The position numbers were made by a program, and so were the translations under genes. Below, in pieces: positions 38,452-49,772 of a stretch of DNA of 64,000 bases; position 1 is the first letter of the stretch, and each line of letters begins with the position of its first letter. The notes under the pieces are model-generated. The model did not search any database and was not told the DNA's origin. It saw only the letters and a list, made by a program, of their open reading frames with translations. Where the stretch lies: positions 11,472,001 to 11,536,000 of the forward strand of contig CM075988.1 of assembly GCA_038087875.1 (NCBI GenBank). The letters run 5' to 3'. Source of the DNA: Malacoraja senta. Its lineage: Eukaryota.

Positions 38452-38760
38452 GTGTAGGAAGGAACTGCAGATGCTGGTTTCAACCAAAGATAGACACAAT
38501 AAGCTGGAGTAACTCAGAGGGTCTGGCAGCATCTCTGGAGAAAAGGAATAGGTCGAGACCCTTCTTCAGACTGAGAGTCAGGGGAAAGGGAAACAAGAGA
38601 TTATAGATGGCGATATAGAGAGATATAGAACAAGTGAACGCAAGATATGCAAAAATACATGAAGATCAAGGGAAGGTAGAGCCCACAATGGTCCATTGTT
38701 AGCTCTGGGCAAGGTAATAACAAGTTATGCAGACAATAAAACTCAACAGGATGACAGTGT
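38452..38760 (-). mobile_element. Penelope LTR/3'UTR fragment
   Basis: gtaggaaggaactgcagatgctgg...gtcgagacccttcttcagactgagagtcagggg plus purine-rich UTR; flanking agtctcct on both sides. Confidence 0.75.
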
Positions 38761-39444
38761 TGACAGTCTCCTTCTGCCTAACTGGTAAAACATTGAAATC
38801 CAAACTCATTATCCAAAATGAATGTCGAGAGGTTTTAATGGCTTCAAGGTCCTAATGAAATAGACATGCATAACAAGGTTACTCGTGTTTGTTTCTTGCA
38901 CCTGTCCTGCTCTTAGAATTATTTAGGGTAAGTATCTTAAAACAGATAATAATATACAGAAGTAAATCCATCTGTTTTAATGTATTCTGTATTTGAGGGA
39001 GCAATGAACCAACTCTGTATTTGAGAGAGCAATGAAACCTGAACACAGGATATCTGACACCTGTACCCTATAGAATGCAGTGCATAATTGAGCTGTGCAT
39101 TTCCTATTTGCAGCAACAATAATGTGGGATAGGCACTCCCAGGTGATGGACTTGGGATTCTTTATTTTCTCTCGTGCCAGTCATTTCACATTATTATGCA
39201 AAGCTTGTCTCTCCTCCCATGTGTCTGAAACTGTACGAGACTTAAAATATCCTTAGTGTACGCATAGCTGGAGCCATCTCTGGTCAACGTAGACAGAGTT
39301 TTAACCCTTTGCAACCTGCAACAAGACTCTGTTATTGCCAGCGCTGAACCCATCCCCCCACCCCCCTTCCGACCCCCAGCTGTACTGTAAATAACAGGCT
39401 CAAGATATCTCAAATATCTCACAGCTAATTAATTTCTGCCAGAG

Positions 39445-39725
39445 TCCCAGCCACTGTTGCAATGTTGAGAAATGCCATGGACAATTTGCATGCAGCAGAA
39501 AGAATAATAATGGCAAGGATGAAATTCAGGCCAAGACGCAAAGAACACTCCGTGTCGATGTTTGAAAAGAATTGCAGGATTTTGAGATGAGAGCGAGAGA
39601 GGTAACAGGGTATTTGATTCTATGATTCATCCAACTATGGGGCAACTCTGACAATGCAGCATCCCATCAATACTGCATGCATATGACAACCCATAAGTGC
39701 ATGAGCCAAGTTTTGAAATGAGGCA
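39445..39725 (-). mobile_element. Ancient Deu-SINE remnant
   Basis: tcatccaactatggggcaactctgacaatgcagcatcccatcaatactgca resembles the recalled Deu core tcatccgaaagacggcacctccgacagtgcagcactccctcagtactgca. Confidence 0.55.
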
Positions 39726-40503
39726 TAAATTCATGAGCATAATATTACACAATGGCTGCCAACCAGAGACATTTGTTGCTATATTGTATGATTTTATACA
39801 ATTTTTTGCATCTATATTGGATTAACCATTCCTCTCAACTGTCAGTGAGATTGTACAATATCTATGTTTATGATATAATATTAAAGACAGAGGGAAAATG
39901 TTATCATATTATAGATAATCAATACCTAGTTGTGAATTTAAACCCTTAATTCAATTTCAACTATGCTGATCTTAAATTGATTGAGCTTTGCTGTCATGGT
40001 TTATGCTGTGATTTGTGTCATTCCATTTAATTACAGCTTGCAATGCACTGCCTGATGTCTATTATCCTAGAATTCGCCAAGTAGTTTGGGGCTTCTGTGT
40101 TTGACCATTTCTGATGAAAGCCAAGCTGGGTGAACCTCGACAGTTTCAAGTGCAAAAGTAAATTCCAAAGCGCTCTCTTACAGAACCATTTCTGGCACAA
40201 GGAGACTAGGATTCTTAAATTTACCATCCATCTCCCAGTCCTCTTCAGGACGTTCCTTATGAGATGGAAGTGATTATTGATGATTATATCCAACTCAAGT
40301 GACTGCCCAATAAATATGATGCTATGCAGGAGAGTGTTGTTTGAGGATGGAAAGGGAGGTGATGGGTTAGCTTCCTTACTTAGAAGAGTGGAAAATAGTA
40401 GCTCTCTGAAATTAACGTATAAGCAAGAAGCCTGGGGGAGCTGGGGGGAGGTAACAAGTATTTAGCACAAAGGTCCAAAGTGTTACGTTTTGAGTTTAAT
40501 GAT

Positions 40504-41084
40504 CAGGTAGATTCTACCTTTGCTATAACGGACCACGGGGGAGGGGAGGGGGGGGGCAGTGGTCAGGGTATGGTGTCCGTTATTGCTGATTGTCGGCTAC
40601 AGTCGAGCGAGCGGGGGGGAAATTGACTAGTTTAACCCAAGGCCGAGTGGAAAGAAATGTGGCAGTGGGGGGGTTGGGAGGGGTGCGGGGGATTAAACCA
40701 GCGGGAATTTGCAGGCTGAGGAGGCACAGAACCCCCAGCCCCACATGAAGTGCGCCAGGGACAGGCGCGGTGCTCAGGCCGCCGTCATGCTGCTCGCTCT
40801 CTCTGCTCCCGCAACCGGAAGCTCCTGGCGGAAATGGGGTGTGTTGCAACGGGATCCTCGTGGCGTTACCAGGCGACTGAAGCATGTGTCCCCGTGACCA
40901 TGCGATGCGGGTGCAGTGATGTGTGCTGCGTCTGCACCCAACACCCCGGGACCTGGCTTTGTGGCAGCTGCCGCAATACCCATGCCCAATGTAACGCCCT
41001 TCATGGGTTTTACTGGTCGATCTCTCCCCACTATTGCTTTTCCACTGCCCATTTTTAGATGTCCCTAATTACGAAGGGTTACTG
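40504..41084. mobile_element. Probable Tc1/mariner (Tigger/pogo-like) non-autonomous element
   Basis: GC-rich interior; right end gtccctaattacgaagggttactg followed by TA; left end has the imperfect counterpart tacctttgctataacggac. Confidence 0.4.
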
Positions 41085-41126
41085 TACATTTACTTTAGTA
41101 TCATTATTTTATGTTGTTTTAACAGA

Positions 41127-41480
41127 GGATAGGATAGGATAGGATGGAAATGTATTTATCCCAGGAGGGAAATTGATCTGCCAACAGTCATAAAACACAA
41201 AATATGTGAAATATGAAATTAAAGTGATGAGTGGATGGGGTTGTGCAAAGATTGAGGAGGTGGGGGTGGGGGGAAGGAGTCAGTCTACCCCATGACGGAA
41301 AGGGGAGGAGTTGTACAGTTTGATAGCCGCAGGGAAAACGGATCTCCTGTGGTGTTCTGTCCTGTATCTAAGTGGAACCAGTCTGTTGCTGAAGGTGCTC
41401 CAGTGTGTCATGGAGAGGGTGAGCTGTATTGTCCAAGATGCCCCACATTTGAGGAGCATCCTCCCCTCCAAGACCACCTA
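41127..41480 (-). mobile_element. Rex1/Babar-type LINE 3' fragment
   Basis: TFSNRLVPLRYRTEHHRRSVFPAAIKLYNSSP; (tccta)n tail. Confidence 0.8.
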
Positions 41481-42436
41481 CAAGAACATGCCAATAGTTC
41501 CAGGGAATGGTTTGAGCCTGTATTGTTCTCAGAATAGTATTTTGTACAACACAGAGACTTCAAGTGAGGTGTGAGCCACATTGGACATTAAAGCTGTAGG
41601 AAGGTGCGAGGGAAGATGGGATCCTAGCTGGAGCATTTTGTACATCAAACCGCTCACCTTCCATCCAATTTGTATAATGTCCATCTCTGGACCCTGCCAA
41701 ATTTTAATTCTTTATGCAAAATTCAGACTTGTTTAATGTTTAATTTAGGATCTTGGCAGAAAACCTACCAAACTTTGAATTATTAATTTGCAAATCAGTA
41801 CCACAAGCCAAGAAGTAAATATCATGATTAATTCGCTCAGGCAATATTTGTGCCCACTTGTTTAACATTGCGGTGCAGGTTGCAGCTATGAAACAAAAGG
41901 ACATTCCAATAATATAACAAGGCTACAATGTTTATGAAATCAAAAATGCTCCTCTGTGATGATGATGCTAAAATAATCCTGCCCTTGATCTTCTCTCCTG
42001 TGCCTGGAGATTTATTTTAATTGCCGAGTCTGCTGGGTGAAAGGCTCTTGGATACAATTCAATCACTAAATGTGATCAGGTACTTAGAGATCCAGTAATG
42101 TACTTCCCTGAAGTAGATGCAGTTGGTTTATGTGCATGCATGGACACACTTGGACGCTGCTAAGGTCATGCCAGCAAAAGGCATGCAATGTTCACATTGG
42201 TGCCAGTTGGGCAACATTATTCTCTGACATAATCTCTGTGCAAATTGAAGAAGGCTCACTTCACCGTGTTAAACTTCAAGTGTGATTGGATTTTGGTGCT
42301 TGCATGCGTGCATAAGACAATTATGGCCAAACACGCTCCCCATTCCACAGCTCCCTCTGCTTTACTTCTTTAAAGAACTCTTTCAGCCATTGTACAATTT
42401 CTCGACCGTTGACTCCTTTCTGGGACTATTTCATCA

Positions 42437-42741
42437 GGGTGGCGCAGTGGCACAGCTGGTAGACCTGCTGCCTCCCAGCACCAGGGATCCGGGTTCGATT
42501 CTGACCTTGGATGCTGCCTGTGCTGAGTTTCCCAGTTCTCCCCGTGACCATGTGGTTTTCCTTTGGATACACAGGTTTCCAAAGGAAATGATGTGCAGGT
42601 TTGGCGGTTAAATGGCATTTGTAAAATAACGTTAATGTGTTTGGAGTAAATGAGGAAGTGGGTAACATAGAAGTAGTGTGATGGGTGATCGATGGTCGAT
42701 GTGAACTCGATGTGGGGAAGGGCCTGTTTCCATGCTGTATT
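42437..42741 (+). mobile_element. HE1/V-SINE-type SINE
   Basis: gtggcacagctggtag...ccgggttcgattctgacc; tail gaagggcctgtttccatgctgtat. Confidence 0.8.
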
Positions 42742-43649
42742 TAAAAAATGTGAGCCTATTATTAATCGGCAGTTTTATTGAGGAGCTATTTCATGCGGTT
42801 AGATCCTGTCCTCGTTAAATGTTTACAGCATTGTAGACTTTCCAGCAAATTTCACCGGAAAGTTTATCCACTATACTCCAGAAACATACAGGCATCTCTA
42901 ATGCCAAACCAATAGAGGCCAGTACAGTCAGACTGAATCAAACCTTAATCCTCGATGCCTGATTAGTTATGTTGTATTTATTGGGAGAGCCACCAGCAAA
43001 GTCGGTGGGTTTGTCCAATTTACAACTAGTGAAAATGATATCCTTAGGGCACATAATGTACACCTTGTGTTCACCAACAAGACTTGCAAGGTAATTAATT
43101 GATCATGAAACTTTGGAATGTCCAGGGGATGCAAAAAGCACTTGCCATTGAGCTTCAACGTGTTTCATCCCATGGTTAACACATGAACTGTATTGGATTA
43201 TAGGATTAATCCCAAACTTTTAACCGAAGGGCATATTTTTAATCTAGTGCGTAACTGAATTCCGTGTGAATGCTTTGTAATAGAACCAGATTCTGGATCA
43301 TTGGTACAGGAATTGTTTGAAAGATGTATGAGTGAAGAGCATACGAATGGGAAGACGGGGTCATTAGTTTTGTTTCTGATGATACACTATTTGTATTGAA
43401 CCAATATAGATTTTGGAAAGTTGATACAAGTCACTGTTTTGACTGTTGAAAAAATATAATCAAAAGGAAAAGTGGTGGCCAAAAATAATTCAATAGCAAG
43501 TGTCCGAATACAAGTTCCTCTCCAAATCTTCTGATATCTGATGAGATGGTTGTGAAAGAACATAATGAGAATTAAAAGTGATCAAAAGAAGGTGGTATTA
43601 TATTTCTGCTATTTCTAACTGGAAAGTTGGCTTTTTCAAGAGTCTGACA

Positions 43650-44140
43650 CGTTTAATTGTCATATCCGGGGACGGAAGACTGAAACTCTTAATTGCTGTA
43701 GCTTCACAGGCCAATTGATGCAATGACGAAACAAACCTAGAGACGATAATCAATAATACAATAAATTAATTGTCACTACTATGAGGTCATCAGACTAAAA
43801 CCGAAGTATGCATCTTAACCAAACCAAACTCCATAATAGCATTTCTGAGGTAGGTTTGTGGTTATTGTGTAATGTTCAAGAGCCTGATGGTTGCGAGTAA
43901 GAAGCTTTTATTGAACCTGGAGGTCACAGTTCTCTGACTCCTATAGCTTCTTCCCGATGGTAGTAGCAGGATGAGAGCGAGGCCAGGCTGGTGTGAGTCT
44001 TTGATGGCAGCAGCTGCTCCTTTTGAGGTTACGTCTCCTGTGGATGCCTATGATAGTGGGAGGTCAGTACCTATGATGCTCTGGTCAATGCCTACTGCTT
44101 TCTGCAGCCTCCTTTGTTCCTGGGCATTCGAGTTACCAGA
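43650..44140 (-). mobile_element. Degraded Rex1/L2-type LINE 3' fragment
   Basis: gttcaagagcctgatggttg...aagaagcttttattgaacctggagg...cttcttcccgatggtag, the reverse of an LPSGR..SFF-type C-terminal region. Confidence 0.6.
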
Positions 44141-44763
44141 AGGGAGATGAAAAGCTGAAACTCACACACCACAGGTGCAAGCTTATATAATATGAAGATT
44201 AAATGCTTCTGACACTGCCTCTTCAGTTAGCTGACATATTTACCTTTTACTTTTTCTCAGCGAGATTACGACAGTAAAGGTTAATTACATTTGTAGCCTG
44301 TTGGTTTCACAAAATTAGTAGCCAAATTACTTGCTATTTTTATGAGTGATAAATGTAAATGAGCTCCTGTTATTCATTTTTTTTAAATGCATGTCCTAAC
44401 GTTGATTTGAATAAGTCGAGTTCAGAAAGGTGATGTTATATTTTAGTGTCAGCTGCTGTCTTACCTTACTAATGGTTGAGAATCTCATTTCTTATCTTCA
44501 AAGAAACTGACTACCTTCCCTGTTGCTCGATTGAAGTTTGAGCTAAAATGAAATTCCCTTCTGTCAATGCTTGTTTTGGCAAACATTGGCCGGAGAATTT
44601 CAAAATGATTCCCTCTTGTGCATTAAGGTGCTGTAATCTGGGGGTTACATATTTCATTTTAATCATTTTACTGAGATGTGGACATTTTTGGCAAGACCAA
44701 TATTTATTGCCCATTCTTAATCTGTAGGAAGGAACTGCAGATGCTGGTTTAAACCGAAGGTTG

Positions 44764-45455
44764 GCATTGAAAGTAGGCATGCAGGTGCAGCAGGCAGTGA
44801 CGAAAGCGAATGGTATGTTAGCATTCATAGCAAAAGGATTTGAGTATAGGAGCAGGGAGGTTCTACTGCAGTTGTACAGGGTCTTGGTGAGACCACACCT
44901 GGAGTATTGCGTACAGTTTTGGTCTCCAAATCTGAGGAAAGACATTCTTGCCATAGAGGGAGTACAGAGACGGTTCACCAGATTGATTCCTGGGATGTCA
45001 GGACTTTCATATGAAGAAAGACTGGATAGACTTGGCTTGTACTCGCTAGAATTTAGAAGATTGAGGGGGGGTCTTATAGAAACTTACAAAATTCTTAAGA
45101 GGTTGGACAGGCTAGATGCAGGAAGATTGTTCCCGATGTTATGGAAGTCCAGGACGTCACAGTTTAAGGATTAAGGGGAAATCCTTTAGGACCGAGATGA
45201 GAAAAACATTTTTCACACAGAGAGTGGTGAATCTCTGGAACTCTCTGCCACAGAAGGTAGTTGAGGCCAGTTCATTGGCTATATTTAAGAGGGAGTTAGA
45301 TGTGGCCCTTGTGGCTAAAGGGATCAGGGGGTATGGAGAGAAGGCAGGTACAGGATACTGAGTTGGATGATCAGCCATGATCATATTGAATGGCAGTGTG
45401 CAGGCTCGAAGGGCCGAATGGCCTACTCCTGCACCTATTTTCTATGTTTCTATGT
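44764..45455 (+). mobile_element. 5'-truncated CR1, same young family as 7394-8642, inserted in a Penelope LTR piece
   Basis: LKVGMQVQQAV...RPHLEYCVQFWSP...GYGEKAGTGY*; 5-nt deletion frameshift near 45155; flanks ctggtttaaaccgaagg|...|cacaaaatgcctgagtaactca rejoin into the LTR arm. Confidence 0.93.
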
Positions 45456-45509
45456 AGTCACAAAATGCCTGAGTAACTCAATGTCCATCTTAATTTCCCT
45501 GAACAAAAT

Positions 45510-45797
45510 GGCGGCACTGGCGCAGCGGGAGAGTTGGTGCCTAACAGCGACAGAGACCCAGGTTCGATCCTGACTATGGGTGCTGTCTGTGTGGAATTTT
45601 CACATTTTCTCTAAAGGTGGGCTTCCTCTGTATGCTCCAGTTTCCTCCCACATCCCCAAGACGTGCCGGCTTGCAGGCTAATTGGCTGCTGCAAATCTGT
45701 GCAGAGAGTAGATGCAAAAGTGGAACAACATAGAACGAGTGAGAGCGATGGTTGGTGTGGACTCAGCAGCCTGATGTTGTATCTCTAAACTAAACTA
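45510..45797 (+). mobile_element. HE1/V-SINE-type SINE
   Basis: ggcggcactggcgcagcgg...caggttcgatcctgact; tail tctctaaactaaact. Confidence 0.85.
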
Positions 45798-46000
45798 GGA
45801 ATGGAGGGATATGGCTCACATGTAGGCAGATTAGATTACTTTAACCTTCCATTGTGTTTGGTATGGACATTGTGGGCCAAATGACCTGTTCCTGTGTTGT
45901 ACTGATCCTGCTGTATGAAACACTGGGCATGAATTATCCCTGAATTTAAAGCGAATTATTAAAATATTCAGCAGGTCAGTCAGTGACTTTGAAGGGAATG

Positions 46001-46345
46001 TTTAGTTCAGTTTAGTGTCATTTAATTTAGTTTAGTTTAGAGATGTAGAATGCAAACAGACCCTTTTGCCCACCAAGTCTATGTCGACCATCGATCACCC
46101 ATTCACACTGGTTCTGTTATCCCATTTTTTGCATCCTGCACACTAGAGGCAATTTACAGAAGCAAATTAACCTACAAACCTCCATGTCTTTGGAATGTGG
46201 GAGGAAACCAGAGCACGGGAGAATACCCACACAGTCACAGAGAGAATGTACATACTCCACACAGACAGTACCCGTGTTAAGGATCGAACCCTGGTCTCTG
46301 GTGCTGTGAGGCAGCAACTCTACCGCTGCACCACTGTACCGCCCC
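46001..46345 (-). mobile_element. HE1/V-SINE-type SINE
   Basis: (tttag)n tail on +; reverse-strand head ggggcggtacagtggtgcagcggtagagttgctgcc...gggttcgatcc. Confidence 0.85.
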
Positions 46346-47590
46346 TTAATTAGTAAATATCCTTGCCAGAACTTGACTGGATTGTAGGAAATGTATGTTT
46401 AATCTGATGAGGATATATTTCCACAGTACAGTGTACAAGGCGTGGATAGATAAAGTCTTAGATCCTTTCAGCAATCTATATTTCAGTGGTTTAATAGCAT
46501 AGTGAATAATTGATGTAAAAGCATGTTGAATAATTAGAAAATGCATTAAGAGTTTAAGTAGTAAAATATGACATCTATATTGGCAAATCAGTAATAAGGC
46601 GACAGACCAAAGGTTCTTATTGGGATACCATTGCATGTTTTTTGCATTAGTCATCATTGAAGTAGTTGTTACAAAATGTATTTGCAAAGATATTGGGTGG
46701 TTAATTGAAAACAGGGTATCAGGGGCAAGACAAATTATTTCATTTGAAGATTAAAGAACGTCATGGATAATATTTCAATAGACCTCCTTGTTTGATATAA
46801 TTTTTATAATGACACGACATTAAAAATAAAGGGGCTAGAAATTCTGTCAAATTGTTGTATTAAAATTAATTGCTTTGATTCCCTAGGCCTTATGGAAAGT
46901 AATGAATTGGACCTTCCTGAAGACATGTAAAACACTGTACCAATCCAGGCTGTTGCTATTTGTGTCTGTAGCACGTTACGTAAGTGATAAATAAGGCATT
47001 TGTGACCCTGAAAATGTAGGCATCCTTCCAATTCTTAGTTGCATTCCGAGATTCCTGTTTTGAAAGCTGAGCAGAGTTGCCAAAGACTTCCACAATCAGA
47101 AAGACCTATTGATTATTGTAAGGTTGAGTTAGAAACTATATCATTAGGTGGAAGTATACTATTATTCAAGTGCCGCATCGCTGCGACAGTGCACATCATT
47201 TTGTGCTGAATCTGCATTGTATCACTCTACAGCATGTCACATGAACTCTGGTTTAAAGACCATTTGCTGAGCCACATATCTCAGTCCAGAATTCCAATTA
47301 AAAAATGTTGTTATGGAAGCAACAGTTAACTGAATATACATAGAAGAATAATCCGTGTTTGTTTATTATTGTGACGTACACTGAGATAGGGTGAAAGGAT
47401 TTGTTTTGCATCTCGTCAGATCATACCGTTTATAGGGACATCAGGTGGTGCAAAGGAGAAAGTAAAGAGAATGCAGAAAATGGTGCTACAGCAAAAAATG
47501 AAGTGCAGATTTTGTTTTAAATGCAAGGGAAGCAAAAAGGAAGATTGGAAGATCAGGAATACATCCTTACCACAAGAGAAGTCTGTTTGA

Positions 47591-47875
47591 GACTTTAGAC
47601 TTTAGAGATATAGCGCGGAAACATATCCATCGACCCATCGAGTCCGCCAGGACCACGATAATCCCATATCTTACACACTGGGGGCATTTTACAATTTTTA
47701 TTGAAGTCAATTAACCTACAAACCTGTATGTCTTTGGAGTGTGGGAGGAAACCGGAGCACCAGGAAAAAAAACCACGCGTACAAATGCCGTACAGACAGC
47801 ACTCTTAGTCAGGATGGAACCCGGGTCTCTGGCGCTGTAAGGTGGCAACTCTACCCTTGTCTCACTGTGCTGTCC
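47591..47875 (-). mobile_element. HE1/V-SINE-type SINE
   Basis: (actttag)2 tail; gtctttggagtgtgggaggaaaccggagcac core; tRNA-like head. Confidence 0.85.
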
Positions 47876-48383
47876 TATATCAGTAGGGCCACTGGGCTGT
47901 GTTATACCAGTCATGCAAGTGAATGTTAGCTTGTAATGATGATACCGTGTGTGAAACGTGGCTATGGTGCGTGCACAGTTCCAGCTCCCAAATAGCAAGG
48001 AAGACAATGAGACTGTGTCCGGAAAACTTAATCAGAAGTAGAAATGTACATTAGGAAGGTTTCCGAGATATGTGCATGACCAGGAGAAGGTCAACTTTAT
48101 TCCACTGAAAATGGAATATCAAGGATTAGTGAGGAACAAAAGTACTAAATGTTTGAAAAATTCATTGCACACTTTGATCCAAGATTTAATCACCATATCT
48201 ATACCTATTAATTCCATATCCCATGGGGGGGAACTGGTAAATTTGTCAACTACATCAGCAGGAGATTAAATGCTGCATTTGATTATTTAGGAGGTGATAA
48301 TGGATCCTTTGGAAAATGTTAGGATTAACAAAAGTCAACATGGCGTCATGAAAAATAAATGATGTTCAACAAATTGTTTGGAC

Positions 48384-48671
48384 TTTAGTTTAGTTTAGAA
48401 ATGCAGCACGGAAACATGCCCCTCGGCCCACCGAGTCTGCACCAACCAGATCCTACACACACTAGGGACGATTTACACACATACACCAAGCCAATTAACA
48501 TACATATCTGTACGTCTTTGGCGTGTGGGAGGAAACCGAAGATCTTGGAGTAAACCGATGCGGTCACAGGGAGAACGTAAATATTCCGTACAGACTGCAC
48601 CCGTATTCGGGATCGAATCCGGGTCTCTGGCGCTGCAAGTACTGAAGGCAGTAACTCCATCGCTGCACCAT
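48384..48671 (-). mobile_element. HE1/V-SINE-type SINE inserted in an old CR1 remnant
   Basis: (tttag)n tail, gggaggaaaccgaagatc core, ggatcgaatccggg B-box; left flank reads SQHGVMKNK*CSTN (CR1 QHGF motif). Confidence 0.8.
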
Positions 48672-49494
48672 AGACTTAACCAGTAGACCAGTGGTGCATT
48701 TGATATTTAAAAATTATATCAAACAGTGTGCTACACTGAGATTATTTAGCAGAATAAAATACAATGGATGCAGTCAGTAATATAGTTTATGAAGATCATA
48801 GTTAAGTAAGCAATGTTGCTGTAGGAGTAGAGATTTAAAAGAGTGGAGCGATTGTAATGCTAAGTTGCAGATCCACTTCTGTGACTAGTACATAAAGAGT
48901 CACCTGGGTTGGTTCTCATCATGTCTGTACACTCTAGATGGCTCGATTGTAATCATGTATTATCATTCAGCTGACTGGTTGGCACACAACAAAACCTTTT
49001 AATTGTACCTCAGTACATGTGACAATAAATTAAACTAAACAATGGTCTACACCTGCTTCTATTCCTTACACTCTTCAATGAGTATCCAAGAAGTTGCTTG
49101 TGATCCTAGTTTCCCAAAGACAGTGCATGGAAAATGGTTGGAAAGAGTGGATGAAGGTGTGTGAGTCTCACTGATGCTCAAAAAGCTCTGATGGACAAAA
49201 TGGAACTCAGTGCAGCACAAGCTGTCAAAACAGCCAGAGCACGTTAAGGCCGGAGCCAGACAGATGGAAACTCAGAATACTTAAACATATCACCTCCAGG
49301 TCATTCCTCAGCAAGAAACCAGAGTTGATATAGCAAAACAACAAACAAAATAACAAAAGCCAGTCAAAAGGAAGGCTCTGCAGCATATGCAGTACGTGGA
49401 TGATCGATGGAACACACTATAGAAAAGAAAAAGCTTTGCAAATGCATCAAACTTGAGATTATGTGTCAACCTCAGTCACACGGAGAAAGTGAAC

Positions 49495-49772
49495 AAATTA
49501 AATTTGAAAGGGGCAGATTTTAAAGGCGATGTGCAGGGCAGTTTTTTTTTTACAGAGAGTGATGTGTGCCTGGAAGGAACTGCCAGGGGTGATGGGGTAG
49601 GCAGATACCACAGTGACATTTAAAAGGCTCTTAGATCAGTACATGGGTATACAGAGAATGGAGGGATATGGATCACGTGCAGGCGGCGAAGATGAGTTTA
49701 CTCTGGTAACATGTCCAGCATGGACATTGTGGGTCGAAAGGCCTATTCCTGTGCTGTACTCTTTTATGTTCT
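49495..49772 (+). mobile_element. CR1 3' fragment
   Basis: ttttacagagagtgatgtgtgcctggaaggaactgccaggg...gggtcgaaaggcctattcctgtgctgtac. Confidence 0.75.

Noticed and set aside
33493..38760. Recurrent ~30-40 bp motifs as a CRISPR-like array
   Set aside because: Dispersed, irregularly spaced, in both orientations and in a vertebrate repeat context; explained by Penelope LTRs.
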